Positions 33,330 to 43,980 of a DNA stretch of 64,000 bases are shown here, one piece after another; within the stretch, counting starts at the first letter, position 1; each line of letters opens with the position of its first letter. The DNA is taken from assembly GCA_964473615.1 (NCBI GenBank), contig CAYYPQ010000014.1, forward strand, positions 2,229 to 66,228, read 5' to 3'. Below the pieces are notes generated by a model that saw nothing but the letters and a program-made list of their open reading frames with translations, made no database searches and was not told the origin of the DNA. A program made the translations under genes and the position numbers. The DNA comes from an uncultured Desulfobacteraceae bacterium (GTDB lineage: Bacteria > Desulfobacterota > DSM-4660 > Desulfatiglandales > Desulfatiglandaceae).

Positions 33330-34715
33330 TTATTTCAACCACTGATTGACCATGACAAGATCCTCCCTATTCAAGGTCCCCACTGCCTGTCTTAGACGTA
33401 TGCTGTTAAGGATGTAGTCATATCGCGCCTGTGCGTAGTCCTGCTTTGCCAGGTAGAGGTCTCTCTCCGCATCCAGGACAGCAAGACTGGTATACAGTCC
33501 CGATTTGAAGCCATATTGCTTGGCCTTTAACGCAAGCTCCTGGGACACAACGGACTGCTCCAAGGCCTCCACTCTACTTATCGCACTTTTTACACCAAGA
33601 TACGCCGCACGGGCCTGACGTTTGGCCGCACGGACCTGCCGTTCCATATCTTGCAACGTCGCTTGATAGCGATGACGAGCTTCCCTTGTTCGAGAACTCA
33701 CATACCCGCCTTGGTAAATGGGTAAATTTAGTTGCAAAAGGGCCTCGCTCGTCTCTACTTCACTACCACCCCCGAAAAGTGTGCCATTCGTGTCCCGATT
33801 ATTAAATCGTCCCACCAGGTCAAGGGTAGGGAAATGCCCTGATCTCTGGCGTTTCACTTCCCTCTGGGCCACCTCCACCGCATGACGCTGGACCTCAATT
33901 GCGAGGTTTTGCCTTAACGCCGCCTTGATCCACAGCTCAACATCGGCGGGATCGGGACTCACCAATGGCAGTTTGTCTTTAAGGTTGGAGAGCGTGCCCC
34001 CGAATTCTCCGCAGACCTCCCACAATGCCTGAAGGGAATCGTCCAGGTCGTTTTCCGCCTCAATCCTATGGGCCTTCACTGAGGCAAGGCGTGCCTTTGC
34101 GTCGTGAAGGTCAGTGATCGGGGCCAGGCCCATACCGTATCGGCCCTTGGCAAGCTCAAAATGAAGTTCTACCGCGGCCTGTTCCGCTTGAGCAAAGGCA
34201 AGCTTGTCCTGGGCGGACAGGGCCTCCAGATACAACTGCAAGGTCCTCAGCATCAGGTCCTGTCTGGCCATCTCAAACTCTACGTCGGAACGTTTGATCT
34301 CCTCCTTTGCCTGTCCCACACGCACTATGGATGAATAGTTGAAGACCGGCTGTGTTAACGTCAGTGTATAAGTCTTGGTGGAAAAATTCGTTTTTCCAGT
34401 GGCAAAGACACTATTGTCGCTGCTGACAATATCCTGTCTGGTTTCGATATATTCGCCTTGAGCGGCAAGAGTTGGGAGCAGGCCAGAATATGCCTGGGTA
34501 AGGGACTCGCGAGAGGCCTCATGTTCGTACTTGGCCCTTTGAAACGGTGGGTCATGCCTCTGGGCAAGTCCATATAGCTCCATGAGATTTTCCGCCAGCG
34601 CGAATCGGCTTGGAAATACAAGGCAAAATAACAGGGCTAACCATGCCGAATGTTTAATAAAAGGACTTATGGCCCTGCTTGATCTGGTAGTAGGTAAAAT
34701 ATAGCACTGTTTCAT
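33330..34715 (-). CDS. TolC-family outer-membrane channel protein
   Basis: 461 aa with a signal peptide (WLALLFCLVFPSRFALAENL). It has two OEP-type repeats with characteristic motifs (LMELYGLAQRHDPPFQRAKYEHEAS..., ..YQATLQDMERQVRAAKRQARAAYLGV..). It is the first gene of the operon, 93 nt upstream of the giant ORF. Confidence 0.85.
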   Translation of the reverse strand: MKQCYILPTTRSSRAISPFIKHSAWLALLFCLVFPSRFALAENLMELYGLAQRHDPPFQRAKYEHEASRESLTQAYSGLLPTLAAQGEYIETRQDIVSSDNSVFATGKTNFSTKTYTLTLTQPVFNYSSIVRVGQAKEEIKRSDVEFEMARQDLMLRTLQLYLEALSAQDKLAFAQAEQAAVELHFELAKGRYGMGLAPITDLHDAKARLASVKAHRIEAENDLDDSLQALWEVCGEFGGTLSNLKDKLPLVSPDPADVELWIKAALRQNLAIEVQRHAVEVAQREVKRQRSGHFPTLDLVGRFNNRDTNGTLFGGGSEVETSEALLQLNLPIYQGGYVSSRTREARHRYQATLQDMERQVRAAKRQARAAYLGVKSAISRVEALEQSVVSQELALKAKQYGFKSGLYTSLAVLDAERDLYLAKQDYAQARYDYILNSIRLRQAVGTLNREDLVMVNQWLK

Positions 34716-34813
34716 TGCAAAATCCTTTCTTTGCCAGTTTTTGAATAATTAATGATTTGGATGGTGGTAAGGTGCACAAGAAAACCTTTGCTTTATTTTT
34801 AGAGTGACCCCTA

Positions 34814-34843
34814 ATTATATCATATTTTGTATGTTTTTGTCTA
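34814..34843 (-). promoter_or_regulatory. Candidate sigma70-type promoter for the tolC/giant-protein operon
   Basis: On the minus strand this reads TAGACA, an 18-nt spacer, then TATAAT (the -10 box is the complement of 34814-34819 and the -35 box is the complement of 34838-34843). It lies about 100 nt upstream of the tolC-like ATG in an AT-rich divergent intergenic region. Confidence 0.25.
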
Positions 34844-35362
34844 TGTAAAAATGCCTGTAGGTATAATGTGCATCATCAATAAAAGGGGCAGCGGATTGCG
34901 GGCAAAGCAATTCTTGACTTTGAGATGCATAATATGTTTTTGTAACTACTCAGGTAGATAGGCTGAAGGCATTTAGGCTGTAGTATCGCAGAGTGAACCG
35001 TGCGTGATCACACAAAAGTCGGGCCGAGTATTTCCATTTTCCGAAATCCCGTTTGGTTCGTTCAGGGAATCATTTTACGAGGTGGGTCTGTCAAGACGGT
35101 TTAGGTATTCCGTCGAACATGACATTTCCGGATGCGAATTAAAAATTCTGGAGGCCGAGAAGATTTTATACGCCCTGAGGAGAACAATGCGCAAGAACTA
35201 ATAGCCTTCAGGCTACGGCCTAAGCAACCTGAACAGTTACATGTTTTTTTAACCGATTAGGTTTAAAGTCTGGTTGATGTAGCCCTTTGAGGGGTTCGGG
35301 TTGGTTTTAAGTTTCGGCATCTAAAAATCTGCCATAGGCCATCAAGGCTGGAGGATTTTTGC

Positions 35363-36463
35363 ATGAATGGAAAGGAAAGGATAAAGACGGCACTGGAGAT
35401 AAAGCAACCAGATGTGGTTCCTATTTGGGAGATGGCCTACAATGAGCCCTCAATCATCGGCATTGCCAGGAATTTTGTTGAGGAAGACAGGCTTCCGGAG
35501 CCCAAGCTGGCTATGGACATGAACGATGAGGAGCGCTTTCAGCTCTTGGATGGGCTGATCACCTTTGTGCGCGAACTCGACCTGGACGGGGTAACAGCAA
35601 TATCTCTTGCGCCTCGGGAGCGAGTGGACAAGGATCATATACGTGACTCGATTGGTGTGGTCTACCACCTGAGCGATTTTGGTGAGCCCTATCCGGTAGA
35701 CGGCCCTATAAAAGAGAAGTCGGACTTGAAGGGCTTTGAGATGCGTCCCCCGGATGATGCCGACTTTCTTATGCTGGATTTGCTTCGTTCTACCTTCCCG
35801 GAGAGGGCGGTCGCATATCATATGCCCGCCACATTCAAACTCTCCTGGACCCTTAGGGGTACCATGGAGCGTCTATTGATGGACTATATCCTTGACCCGG
35901 GGTTGGCCCACGACATGGCACGCCTTGTTACCGACCACTGCTTTAGAGTGATTGATATGGCCTTTGACAAGGGCGCGGATTTTATTGCCTGTGAGGGTGA
36001 TCTCGCGCATAACCCCGGTCCTATTATGAGCCCAAGTCACTATGATGAGTTCATCGGTCCATACCACAAGGAGATCTGTGACCGTGTCCACAAGAATGAG
36101 GGCAAGATAGTAAAGCACTCAGACGGCAAGCTTACGCCGCTTCTTCCATCGTTGATAGAAGCCGGGTTTGACGGCATCCATCCCATCCAGCCCCAGTGCA
36201 TGGACATTGAGGAAATAAAGCGCGATTTTGGCAAAAAGGCCTGTCTGCTCGGTAATATTGACTGCACCTTTCTGCTGGTCTCTGGAAGTGCCGATGAGGT
36301 GAGGCAGAGCGTCAAGGAGACTATCGCAAAGGCCGGGCCCGGAGGGGGCTATATCATATCCTCTTCCAATTCAATACACCCGGGGTGTAAACCCGAAAAT
36401 TACCTGGCAATGGTAGAGGCTGCGCGAGAATATGGACGCTACCCAGAGCTTGCAGGGGTGTGA
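35363..36463 (+). CDS. Uroporphyrinogen-decarboxylase (URO-D) family protein, MtaA/MtbA-like methylcobamide methyltransferase
   Basis: 366 aa. The overall pattern is typical of URO-D-fold corrinoid-dependent methyltransferases (..VPIWEMAY.., ..HSDGKLTPLLPSLIEAGFDGIHPIQP..). It lies directly upstream of a corrinoid protein gene. Confidence 0.6.
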   Translation: MNGKERIKTALEIKQPDVVPIWEMAYNEPSIIGIARNFVEEDRLPEPKLAMDMNDEERFQLLDGLITFVRELDLDGVTAISLAPRERVDKDHIRDSIGVVYHLSDFGEPYPVDGPIKEKSDLKGFEMRPPDDADFLMLDLLRSTFPERAVAYHMPATFKLSWTLRGTMERLLMDYILDPGLAHDMARLVTDHCFRVIDMAFDKGADFIACEGDLAHNPGPIMSPSHYDEFIGPYHKEICDRVHKNEGKIVKHSDGKLTPLLPSLIEAGFDGIHPIQPQCMDIEEIKRDFGKKACLLGNIDCTFLLVSGSADEVRQSVKETIAKAGPGGGYIISSSNSIHPGCKPENYLAMVEAAREYGRYPELAGV

Positions 36464-36657
36464 TAGGAAAACAAAATCTCCCAGTTTTCTTTGCGCCTGA
36501 GTGAGCGGAGTGAACGGGCGGTGAATAAAGATGACAACCTGATTTTTGGAAAGATATATGTGATAAGAAACTTCAGATAGTTAGCCAAGCAAATATGGCG
36601 ATTTCAATTTATTTGGACAGCAATGGATTTGGGAAGTAGTTAACAAGGAGGAAACCA

Positions 36658-37284
36658 ATGGAACAACTCAAGGAGATGGTAAAGACAGGTAAGGTAGATG
36701 ATACGGTCAGGCGGGTAAGAGAATTCCTGGATAGAGGTACAAGTCCCGAGGTCCTGATGAGGGAGGCCATGATTCCTGCCATGGATGAGGTAGGAGATCT
36801 GTTCCAGAGTGGTGAGTTTTTCCTGCCCGAGATGTTGGTGGCCGGTGAGGCCATGCAACAGGGGCTTAAGGTGTTAAAACCGGCCCTGGTTAATAGCGGT
36901 GTAGCGCCCCTGGGCAAGGTAGTCATGGGTACGGTCAGAGGTGATCTCCATGACATCGGCAAGAACATCGTAGCAATGGCCCTTGAAGGGGCCGGTTTTG
37001 AAGTCATAGATCTGGGGAACGACGTATCGCCTGAAAGATTTGTTTCAGCTATTGAGGAGCACAAGCCACAGGTCATTGGGCTTTCTGCCCTGCTCAGCAC
37101 AACCATGATCACCATGAAGGATATCATAGATGCAATCAAGGACGCGGGTCTACGCGAGCAGATAAAAATTATGATCGGCGGGGCCCCCGTCCGACAGGAG
37201 TTTGCCGACGATATAGGGGCAGATTACTACGGGCCTGACTCGACCTCTGGGATGAAATACGCCAGAGAGGTTGTGGCGGGTTAG
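36658..37284 (+). CDS. Corrinoid (cobalamin-binding) protein, MtaC/MtbC-like
   Basis: 208 aa. It has an N-terminal helical B12-binding cap and a Rossmann B12-binding domain with the DxHxxG motif (VMGTVRGDLHDIGKNIV) and a downstream SALLSTT motif. Confidence 0.85.
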   Translation: MEQLKEMVKTGKVDDTVRRVREFLDRGTSPEVLMREAMIPAMDEVGDLFQSGEFFLPEMLVAGEAMQQGLKVLKPALVNSGVAPLGKVVMGTVRGDLHDIGKNIVAMALEGAGFEVIDLGNDVSPERFVSAIEEHKPQVIGLSALLSTTMITMKDIIDAIKDAGLREQIKIMIGGAPVRQEFADDIGADYYGPDSTSGMKYAREVVAG

Positions 37285-37306
37285 GTCAGGGGACGGGACT
37301 TTACGC

Positions 37307-37335
37307 TTGACAGATCAAAATCATTTAACTATAGA
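37307..37335 (+). promoter_or_regulatory. Candidate sigma70 promoter of the Fo (atpZ-I-B-c4) cluster
   Basis: TTGACA (37307-37312), a 17-nt spacer, then TATAGA (37330-37335), about 140 nt upstream of atpZ. Confidence 0.4.
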
Positions 37336-37473
37336 TTAGCGCCGAAAATAGAGGTAAGCCTCAGATATTTTGCCATAATCCTTTGAAATATTTGAGAGTC
37401 CAATATTTTTAATTTTAAGAAGCATGAGAAATGGATTGAGGATATAGCCCTGGTCACCCAGCTCGGCCTGACC

Positions 37474-37662
37474 ATGGCAGGCTCGATCCTGTTTTGTTTT
37501 GCCATAGGGTATTATCTGGATAAATGGCTTAATACCAGGGGGCTTTTCATCTCCATTTTTATCCTGTTGGGGATTGCTGGAGGCGGTTATACGGCATACC
37601 GGCAGATTATCGAAGCTACCAAGGCGGATGGAAATGACGAAGAAGATAGAGAAAAAAGATAG
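37474..37662 (+). CDS. atpZ: AtpZ-like small membrane protein of the ATP synthase operon
   Basis: 62 aa with two hydrophobic helices (GSILFCFAIGYYLDKWL, GLFISIFILLGIAGGGYTAY), in the typical position ahead of atpI/atpB. The frame is open upstream to 37396, so a non-ATG start is possible. Confidence 0.6.
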   Translation: MAGSILFCFAIGYYLDKWLNTRGLFISIFILLGIAGGGYTAYRQIIEATKADGNDEEDREKR

Positions 37663-38035
37663 CGATCTTAATCGACTCCAGAGGGGGACCTGTTCCTGGG
37701 CCATGAAGGCCACCCTCATGCTCGCCATTTTTTTTATAATCATTCACGAGACGGCTATTGCCAAGGGCCTCATACTGGGCACGTGCTTCAGTATTATTAA
37801 CTTTATCCTGTTGGGGAAATCCATCCCCATGACTCTGGGACGGTCACGTGCCAGGGCCAGTATGGTAGGGCTGGCCTCCATTTTGTCCAGGTACGTTGTC
37901 CTCGCGATTCCCATGATTGTCGCTATCAAATCTGTTTCCTTTAATTTTGTCGCCGTGGTGGTGGGCATTTTTGCAGTGCAGATAGTGACATTGATTGATT
38001 ACATAATAATCAGACCCATTTTGGAGGGGAGATAG
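37628..38035 (+). CDS. atpI: ATP synthase protein I (AtpI-like)
   Basis: A hydrophobic protein of about 135 aa immediately upstream of atpB. The track ORF starts at 37574, but the MEMTKK start at 37628 reduces the overlap with atpZ. Confidence 0.55.
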   Translation: MEMTKKIEKKDSDLNRLQRGTCSWAMKATLMLAIFFIIIHETAIAKGLILGTCFSIINFILLGKSIPMTLGRSRARASMVGLASILSRYVVLAIPMIVAIKSVSFNFVAVVVGIFAVQIVTLIDYIIIRPILEGR

Positions 38036-38063
38036 GGCATTTCAGCAGGATGGACTAAAAGAT

Positions 38064-39714
<1,651 letters not shown>

Positions 39715-39720
39715 AAATAA

Positions 39721-40280
<560 letters not shown>

Positions 40281-40303
40281 TAAGGCAAAGTTGGTAACAA
40301 GCC

Positions 40304-40735
40304 ATGATAAGTATCAATGCAACAATAGTTGTTCAGGTGATACATTTCCTGATATTGGTCTTTATTTTGAACCGTCTCATGTTCAGGCCTATTTTGAGGC
40401 TGATTGTCGAAAGGACACAGTACTTTGAGGAAACAAGGAACGAAATAGAGAGTATTGAATCGGAGACAGAGAGGGCAAAAAATGAATACCTCTTGAGGGA
40501 AATTAATGCCAGGAGAGATGCTGCAAAGGAGAGGTCTCGAATCAAGGATATCGGCATCACAAAGGCCGAGGAGTTTCTTGACAAGTCCAGACAGGAAGTA
40601 TCATCAATCAGGACCCAAGTGGATAAAAGGGCTGAGGAACAATTAGAAAAGGCCCGTCCGGTAGTCCCCGGTGAGGCCGGGGCCCTGGCAGAAGAGATAC
40701 TGGAGAGGGTGATTGGAAGGAGGAATGTGGGTTGA
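40304..40735 (+). CDS. Fo stator subunit b' (copy 1)
   Basis: 143 aa with a single N-terminal TM (IVVQVIHFLILVFILNRLMFRPI) followed by a long charged helix. It follows atpE. Confidence 0.8.
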   Translation: MISINATIVVQVIHFLILVFILNRLMFRPILRLIVERTQYFEETRNEIESIESETERAKNEYLLREINARRDAAKERSRIKDIGITKAEEFLDKSRQEVSSIRTQVDKRAEEQLEKARPVVPGEAGALAEEILERVIGRRNVG

Positions 40736-41337
40736 AGGTGAAGGGTAGAAGATATGTCTTGGTTGTTCTTTTGTCTTTGGGCGTTGTAGGTTCCACCTTT
40801 CTTTTTATCCCTCCTGCCTTTGCCGCGGAAAAGGCGAGCAGTTTCAGAAGGATATGGGACAATGTCATGCTGGTAGCCAATTTTCTGGTGTTGGTCTTCA
40901 TCTTTATGAAATATGCAAGGCGGCCCCTGATGGATTATCTGCGCGGCGTACGAGAAAAAGTGGAGGAAGACCTTAATGGCATCAACGGCCGGCTTAGGGA
41001 TGTAAAATCTGCTAGTGAGAAAGAGGCCGATAAACTGAGGGGTATTGATCAACGGATAAAGGAAATCCACGAAAGTGTCATAGAGTTGGGTAGACGTGAG
41101 AAAGAGAAGATTATTGAGCAGGCTCGGAAGGCCGCGGAAAAGATGATCCAGGATGCCAAGGCATATTCGAAATATAAAATGGGCATGGCCAAAAAGGCCC
41201 TATCAGACGAGATTGTGGAGAGTGCGATTGCCTTGGCCAAGGAAAGGCTGGTGAAGGGGATATCAGAAAAAGAGAATGAAAAATTGACTGACCAGTTCAT
41301 AGCAAATCTGGAAACCTCAAAACAACATTTTGATTAA
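40732..41337 (+). CDS. atpF: Fo stator subunit b (copy 1)
   Basis: 201 aa with an N-terminal signal-like segment plus a TM (VMLVANFLVLVFIFMKYARRPL) and a long coiled coil. The TTG start overlaps the b' stop. Confidence 0.8.
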   Translation: MKVKGRRYVLVVLLSLGVVGSTFLFIPPAFAAEKASSFRRIWDNVMLVANFLVLVFIFMKYARRPLMDYLRGVREKVEEDLNGINGRLRDVKSASEKEADKLRGIDQRIKEIHESVIELGRREKEKIIEQARKAAEKMIQDAKAYSKYKMGMAKKALSDEIVESAIALAKERLVKGISEKENEKLTDQFIANLETSKQHFD

Positions 41338-41387
41338 GAGGCAGACCTTAATCTTCCTATCCCGTGTCATCACACGGGCATTCCATT

Positions 41388-41459
41388 AGGCCCTTTATCT
41401 CACTTCAGTCACGCTGGATATGCGCGAATAGGCATGTCATTCCGGATCCGGATTCTTTA
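41388..41459 (+). repeat. Intergenic structured repeat, copy 4 (3' part only, with an internal deletion)
   Basis: tctcacttcagtcacgctggatatgcgcgaata...ccggatccggattcttta aligns with gatcactttagtcactctgcaaatacgcgagta...ctggacccggattcttta of copy 2. Confidence 0.6.
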
Positions 41460-41908
41460 CCTATAAAGTTACGAGGAATGTAATAGCTTAATAATTGAGG
41501 GTAACTATGGTAGTAGAATGCCAAGGCCAGCAGTGGGGCCTTTTTGCGACCTTCTATTCTGCCTGAGGCATTAAGGAGGGCGGCGTCAGAGATTGTAGGT
41601 TGAGGCTCGTAACATGGTTCCAATATAGACTTTGTTGTGAGAGAATTCTAAGCGCATATCGCCGCGCGATGATAGTGATGACAGGGGGCAGTAATGACAC
41701 GTCTGTCTTGTTTTTTGGCCTCAAAAAGGTCCCACTGCAGGCCCTGTCCTATTCACCCTCTGGTGATTAACCCCTATTTATTGAGCTATTAGCGAGGAAT
41801 CAAATAAGATATGGTTTCTTTTGTTTGGATTGGTCATTTTGTGATTTTTCTTGCAAAAGAAAATGGGGCATGTTATGGAGCCTTGACCGAATGACGGAGG
41901 GCGCATCG

Positions 41909-42307
41909 ATGAAGAAAGTAAAGGATGAGATCAAGGCCTTCTTGGGTACTGGCACGGAATTCGATGGAAAGCTTTCTTTTTCCGGTGCCGTTCGGCTTGA
42001 CGGTCGATTCAAGGGGGAGATCTTTAGCGAGGGCACCCTGATCCTGGGTGAGACCGCCCTTGTGGAGTCCGATATCCGTGCCTCTCATATTATTATCAGT
42101 GGAGAGGTTCATGGTAATATAATCGCGGAGAGGAAGCTGGAGCTACGAGCACCAGGAAAGGTCATAGGCAATGTGCAGGCCCCCACTCTGACTATAGAGG
42201 AGGGGGTCATTTTTGAGGGAAACTGCCGGATGGAGAGGCAGGGCAAGGATGCCGATAAAAAGGTGGCGGTTCTCCGCAATGAGAAAGGCCTTGATAATAA
42301 AAATTGA
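41909..42307 (+). CDS. Bactofilin-family polymer-forming cytoskeletal protein
   Basis: The DUF583/bactofilin beta-helix pattern is present: GTEFDGKLSFSGAVRLDGRFKGEIFSEGTLILGETALVESDIRASHIIISGEVHGNIIAERKLELRAPGKVIGNVQAPTLTIEEGVIFEGNCRM. The ATG at 41909 has a GGAGGG RBS 7 nt upstream. The track start at 41825 is unlikely. Confidence 0.85.
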   Translation: MKKVKDEIKAFLGTGTEFDGKLSFSGAVRLDGRFKGEIFSEGTLILGETALVESDIRASHIIISGEVHGNIIAERKLELRAPGKVIGNVQAPTLTIEEGVIFEGNCRMERQGKDADKKVAVLRNEKGLDNKN

Positions 42308-42321
42308 TCCATAAAAAGGCT

Positions 42322-42350
42322 TTGACAATAAAATTATTTTTTTGTAAAAG
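42322..42350 (+). promoter_or_regulatory. Candidate promoter of the b'-b-delta-alpha-gamma-beta-epsilon operon
   Basis: TTGACA (42322-42327), a 17-nt spacer, then TAAAAG (42345-42350). A near-duplicate of the surrounding 20-mer (aaaggccttgataataaaaatt versus aaaggctttgacaataaaatt) overlaps the bactofilin stop codon. Confidence 0.3.
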
Positions 42351-42404
42351 GCGTTACCTTTCTGGCGGATATCCAATGTAATCCAAGAGAAGGATGAAAT
42401 CTTT

Positions 42405-42830
42405 ATGTTAGAAATAAACTCTACCCTATTTATTCAGATTGGCAATTTCTTGTTGCTTGTCTTTTTATTGAATATCTTTCTTTACAGGCCTATTCGCAGG
42501 GTTTTGTCCCAGAGAAATCAAGAAACGAATTCCCTAGAGAAGACGATTGCTGATTACCAGGAGCGGAGTGAGGAAGACGAGAAAAACATTGCAGATAGAA
42601 TGGTCCTCGCACGAAAGGAGGGATATTCGGAAAAAGAAGGCTTCAAAGGGCGGGGCAGGGAGGAGGAAAAGGGCATTTTGCAGGAGACCAATTCCTCGGT
42701 AGAAGAAAAGATTGGTAGTGCAAGAAAAGAGATGGAAATCAGACTTGCAGAGGCCAGGGAAAGGTTGGAGGATGAGTTGGGTTCTTTTTCCAGAGAACTG
42801 GCCCAAAAGATACTGGGGAGGGATATTTAA
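42405..42830 (+). CDS. Fo stator subunit b' (copy 2)
   Basis: 141 aa with an N-terminal TM (LFIQIGNFLLLVFLLNIFLYRPI) and a charged helix. It is strongly diverged from copy 1. Confidence 0.8.
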   Translation: MLEINSTLFIQIGNFLLLVFLLNIFLYRPIRRVLSQRNQETNSLEKTIADYQERSEEDEKNIADRMVLARKEGYSEKEGFKGRGREEEKGILQETNSSVEEKIGSARKEMEIRLAEARERLEDELGSFSRELAQKILGRDI

Positions 42831-43432
42831 TGACAGGCTTGGGGCGTAGGAAGACCTTGGTGCTGTCGTGTATGATTGCCCTGCTCAATGTGCTTCTCCT
42901 GTGCGGTCTTTGTTGGGCCTCCGGAGAGCAGGAAGGAGCACACGATAACGGGCAGATGTTAGACCTGCTTTATCGCGTTATTAATTTTTCGCTCCTTGTG
43001 ATTATCCTTTTTTTGGTGATAAGAAAGACAACAATCAAGGATTTCTTCAAGAATCGAAGAGAAGAAATCAAGATGAAATTTGAAGACCTGAAAACGGAGA
43101 GACAGGCCGCGGAAGGCCGATACAGAGAGCTGGAGAGAAAGTTAAAGGAGTTTGAGATAAAGAAGAGAGAAATCATAGAACAATTCAGGGCGGAGGGGAC
43201 CGCTGAAAGGGATAAGATTATCGCCGAGGCCAAGAAAAGGGCGGAGCAGATTGTGGCCCAGGCCGATTTGACCATAGAGCGAGAAATCCAGGGGGCACAA
43301 GACCGACTGAGACAAGAACTGGTGGACATCGCAGCCCAAAGGGCCGAGGAGATTATTGCAAATGAGATAAGGGGGAGCGATCAGGACCAGTTGGTTAATG
43401 AATTTATAGAAAGGGTGGAGAAGTTACATTGA
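42830..43432 (+). CDS. atpF: Fo stator subunit b (copy 2)
   Basis: 200 aa with a TM (VINFSLLVIILFLVIRKTTI) and a long coiled coil. Its start overlaps the b' stop, and atpH overlaps its own stop. Confidence 0.8.
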   Translation: MTGLGRRKTLVLSCMIALLNVLLLCGLCWASGEQEGAHDNGQMLDLLYRVINFSLLVIILFLVIRKTTIKDFFKNRREEIKMKFEDLKTERQAAEGRYRELERKLKEFEIKKREIIEQFRAEGTAERDKIIAEAKKRAEQIVAQADLTIEREIQGAQDRLRQELVDIAAQRAEEIIANEIRGSDQDQLVNEFIERVEKLH

Positions 43433-43980
43433 CTGGTTCAAGGATTTCAAGGAGATATGCCAAGGCACTGCTCAGCCTGGGCAAGGAAGACGGGCATTAT
43501 GGGGATTATGGGCAAGACCTGCAAGAGTTTGGCAGTTTTTGCTCGGCCAACAGGGAATTCTTTCAGGTTATTTCCAACCAGATATTCTCTGTTGAAGACC
43601 GGAAGGGGGTGTTGGAGTTTGTCTTAGAGAAGAGCACCTTTTCCGATGAGGTCAAAAACTTTTTAAGGCTCCTTCTTGATAAGAATAGGATCGGAGTTAT
43701 CCAGGAAATTAAAGAGTATTATGCAAGACTTACCGACGAGATTTCGAATATTACCCGCGCAGACGTGATCACGGCCAAACCTTTAAAGAAGGAAGTCCTG
43801 GACAAGCTGGATATGACTTTGACGAAACTTACCTCCAAGGAGGTCAAGATGGGGGTGAGAGAAGATGAATCCCTTATTGGAGGGCTTATCGTTAGGATTG
43901 GAGATTTGCTTTTGGATGGAAGTATTAGGGCCCAGCTTGAGGGGCTAAAAGAATCATTGAAAAGGGGTGGGTATAACTGA
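43429..43980 (+). CDS. atpH: F1 subunit delta (OSCP)
   Basis: 183 aa with the OSCP pattern (RYAKALLSL ... [21 protein letters not shown]) and a TTG start. Confidence 0.9.
   Translation: MTGSRISRRYAKALLSLGKEDGHYGDYGQDLQEFGSFCSANREFFQVISNQIFSVEDRKGVLEFVLEKSTFSDEVKNFLRLLLDKNRIGVIQEIKEYYARLTDEISNITRADVITAKPLKKEVLDKLDMTLTKLTSKEVKMGVREDESLIGGLIVRIGDLLLDGSIRAQLEGLKESLKRGGYN

Noticed and set aside
35004-35201. A 65-aa plus-strand ORF in the tolC/methyltransferase divergent intergenic region.
   Set aside because: It has no RBS and no recognisable motif, it starts from a non-ATG codon in the track, and it lies in a promoter-rich AT region. It is most likely non-coding.
34950-35362. A possible cobalamin riboswitch or other leader RNA upstream of the corrinoid methyltransferase genes. 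Also imperfect inverted heptamers (TAGGCTG x2 at about 34967-34990, and CAGGCTA/CGGCCTA at about 35209-35222).
   Set aside because: I saw no B12-box-like sequence and no conserved GCCACUG element. The heptamer arrangement is short and imperfect and could be chance. I cannot exclude an unknown RNA without a covariance-model scan.
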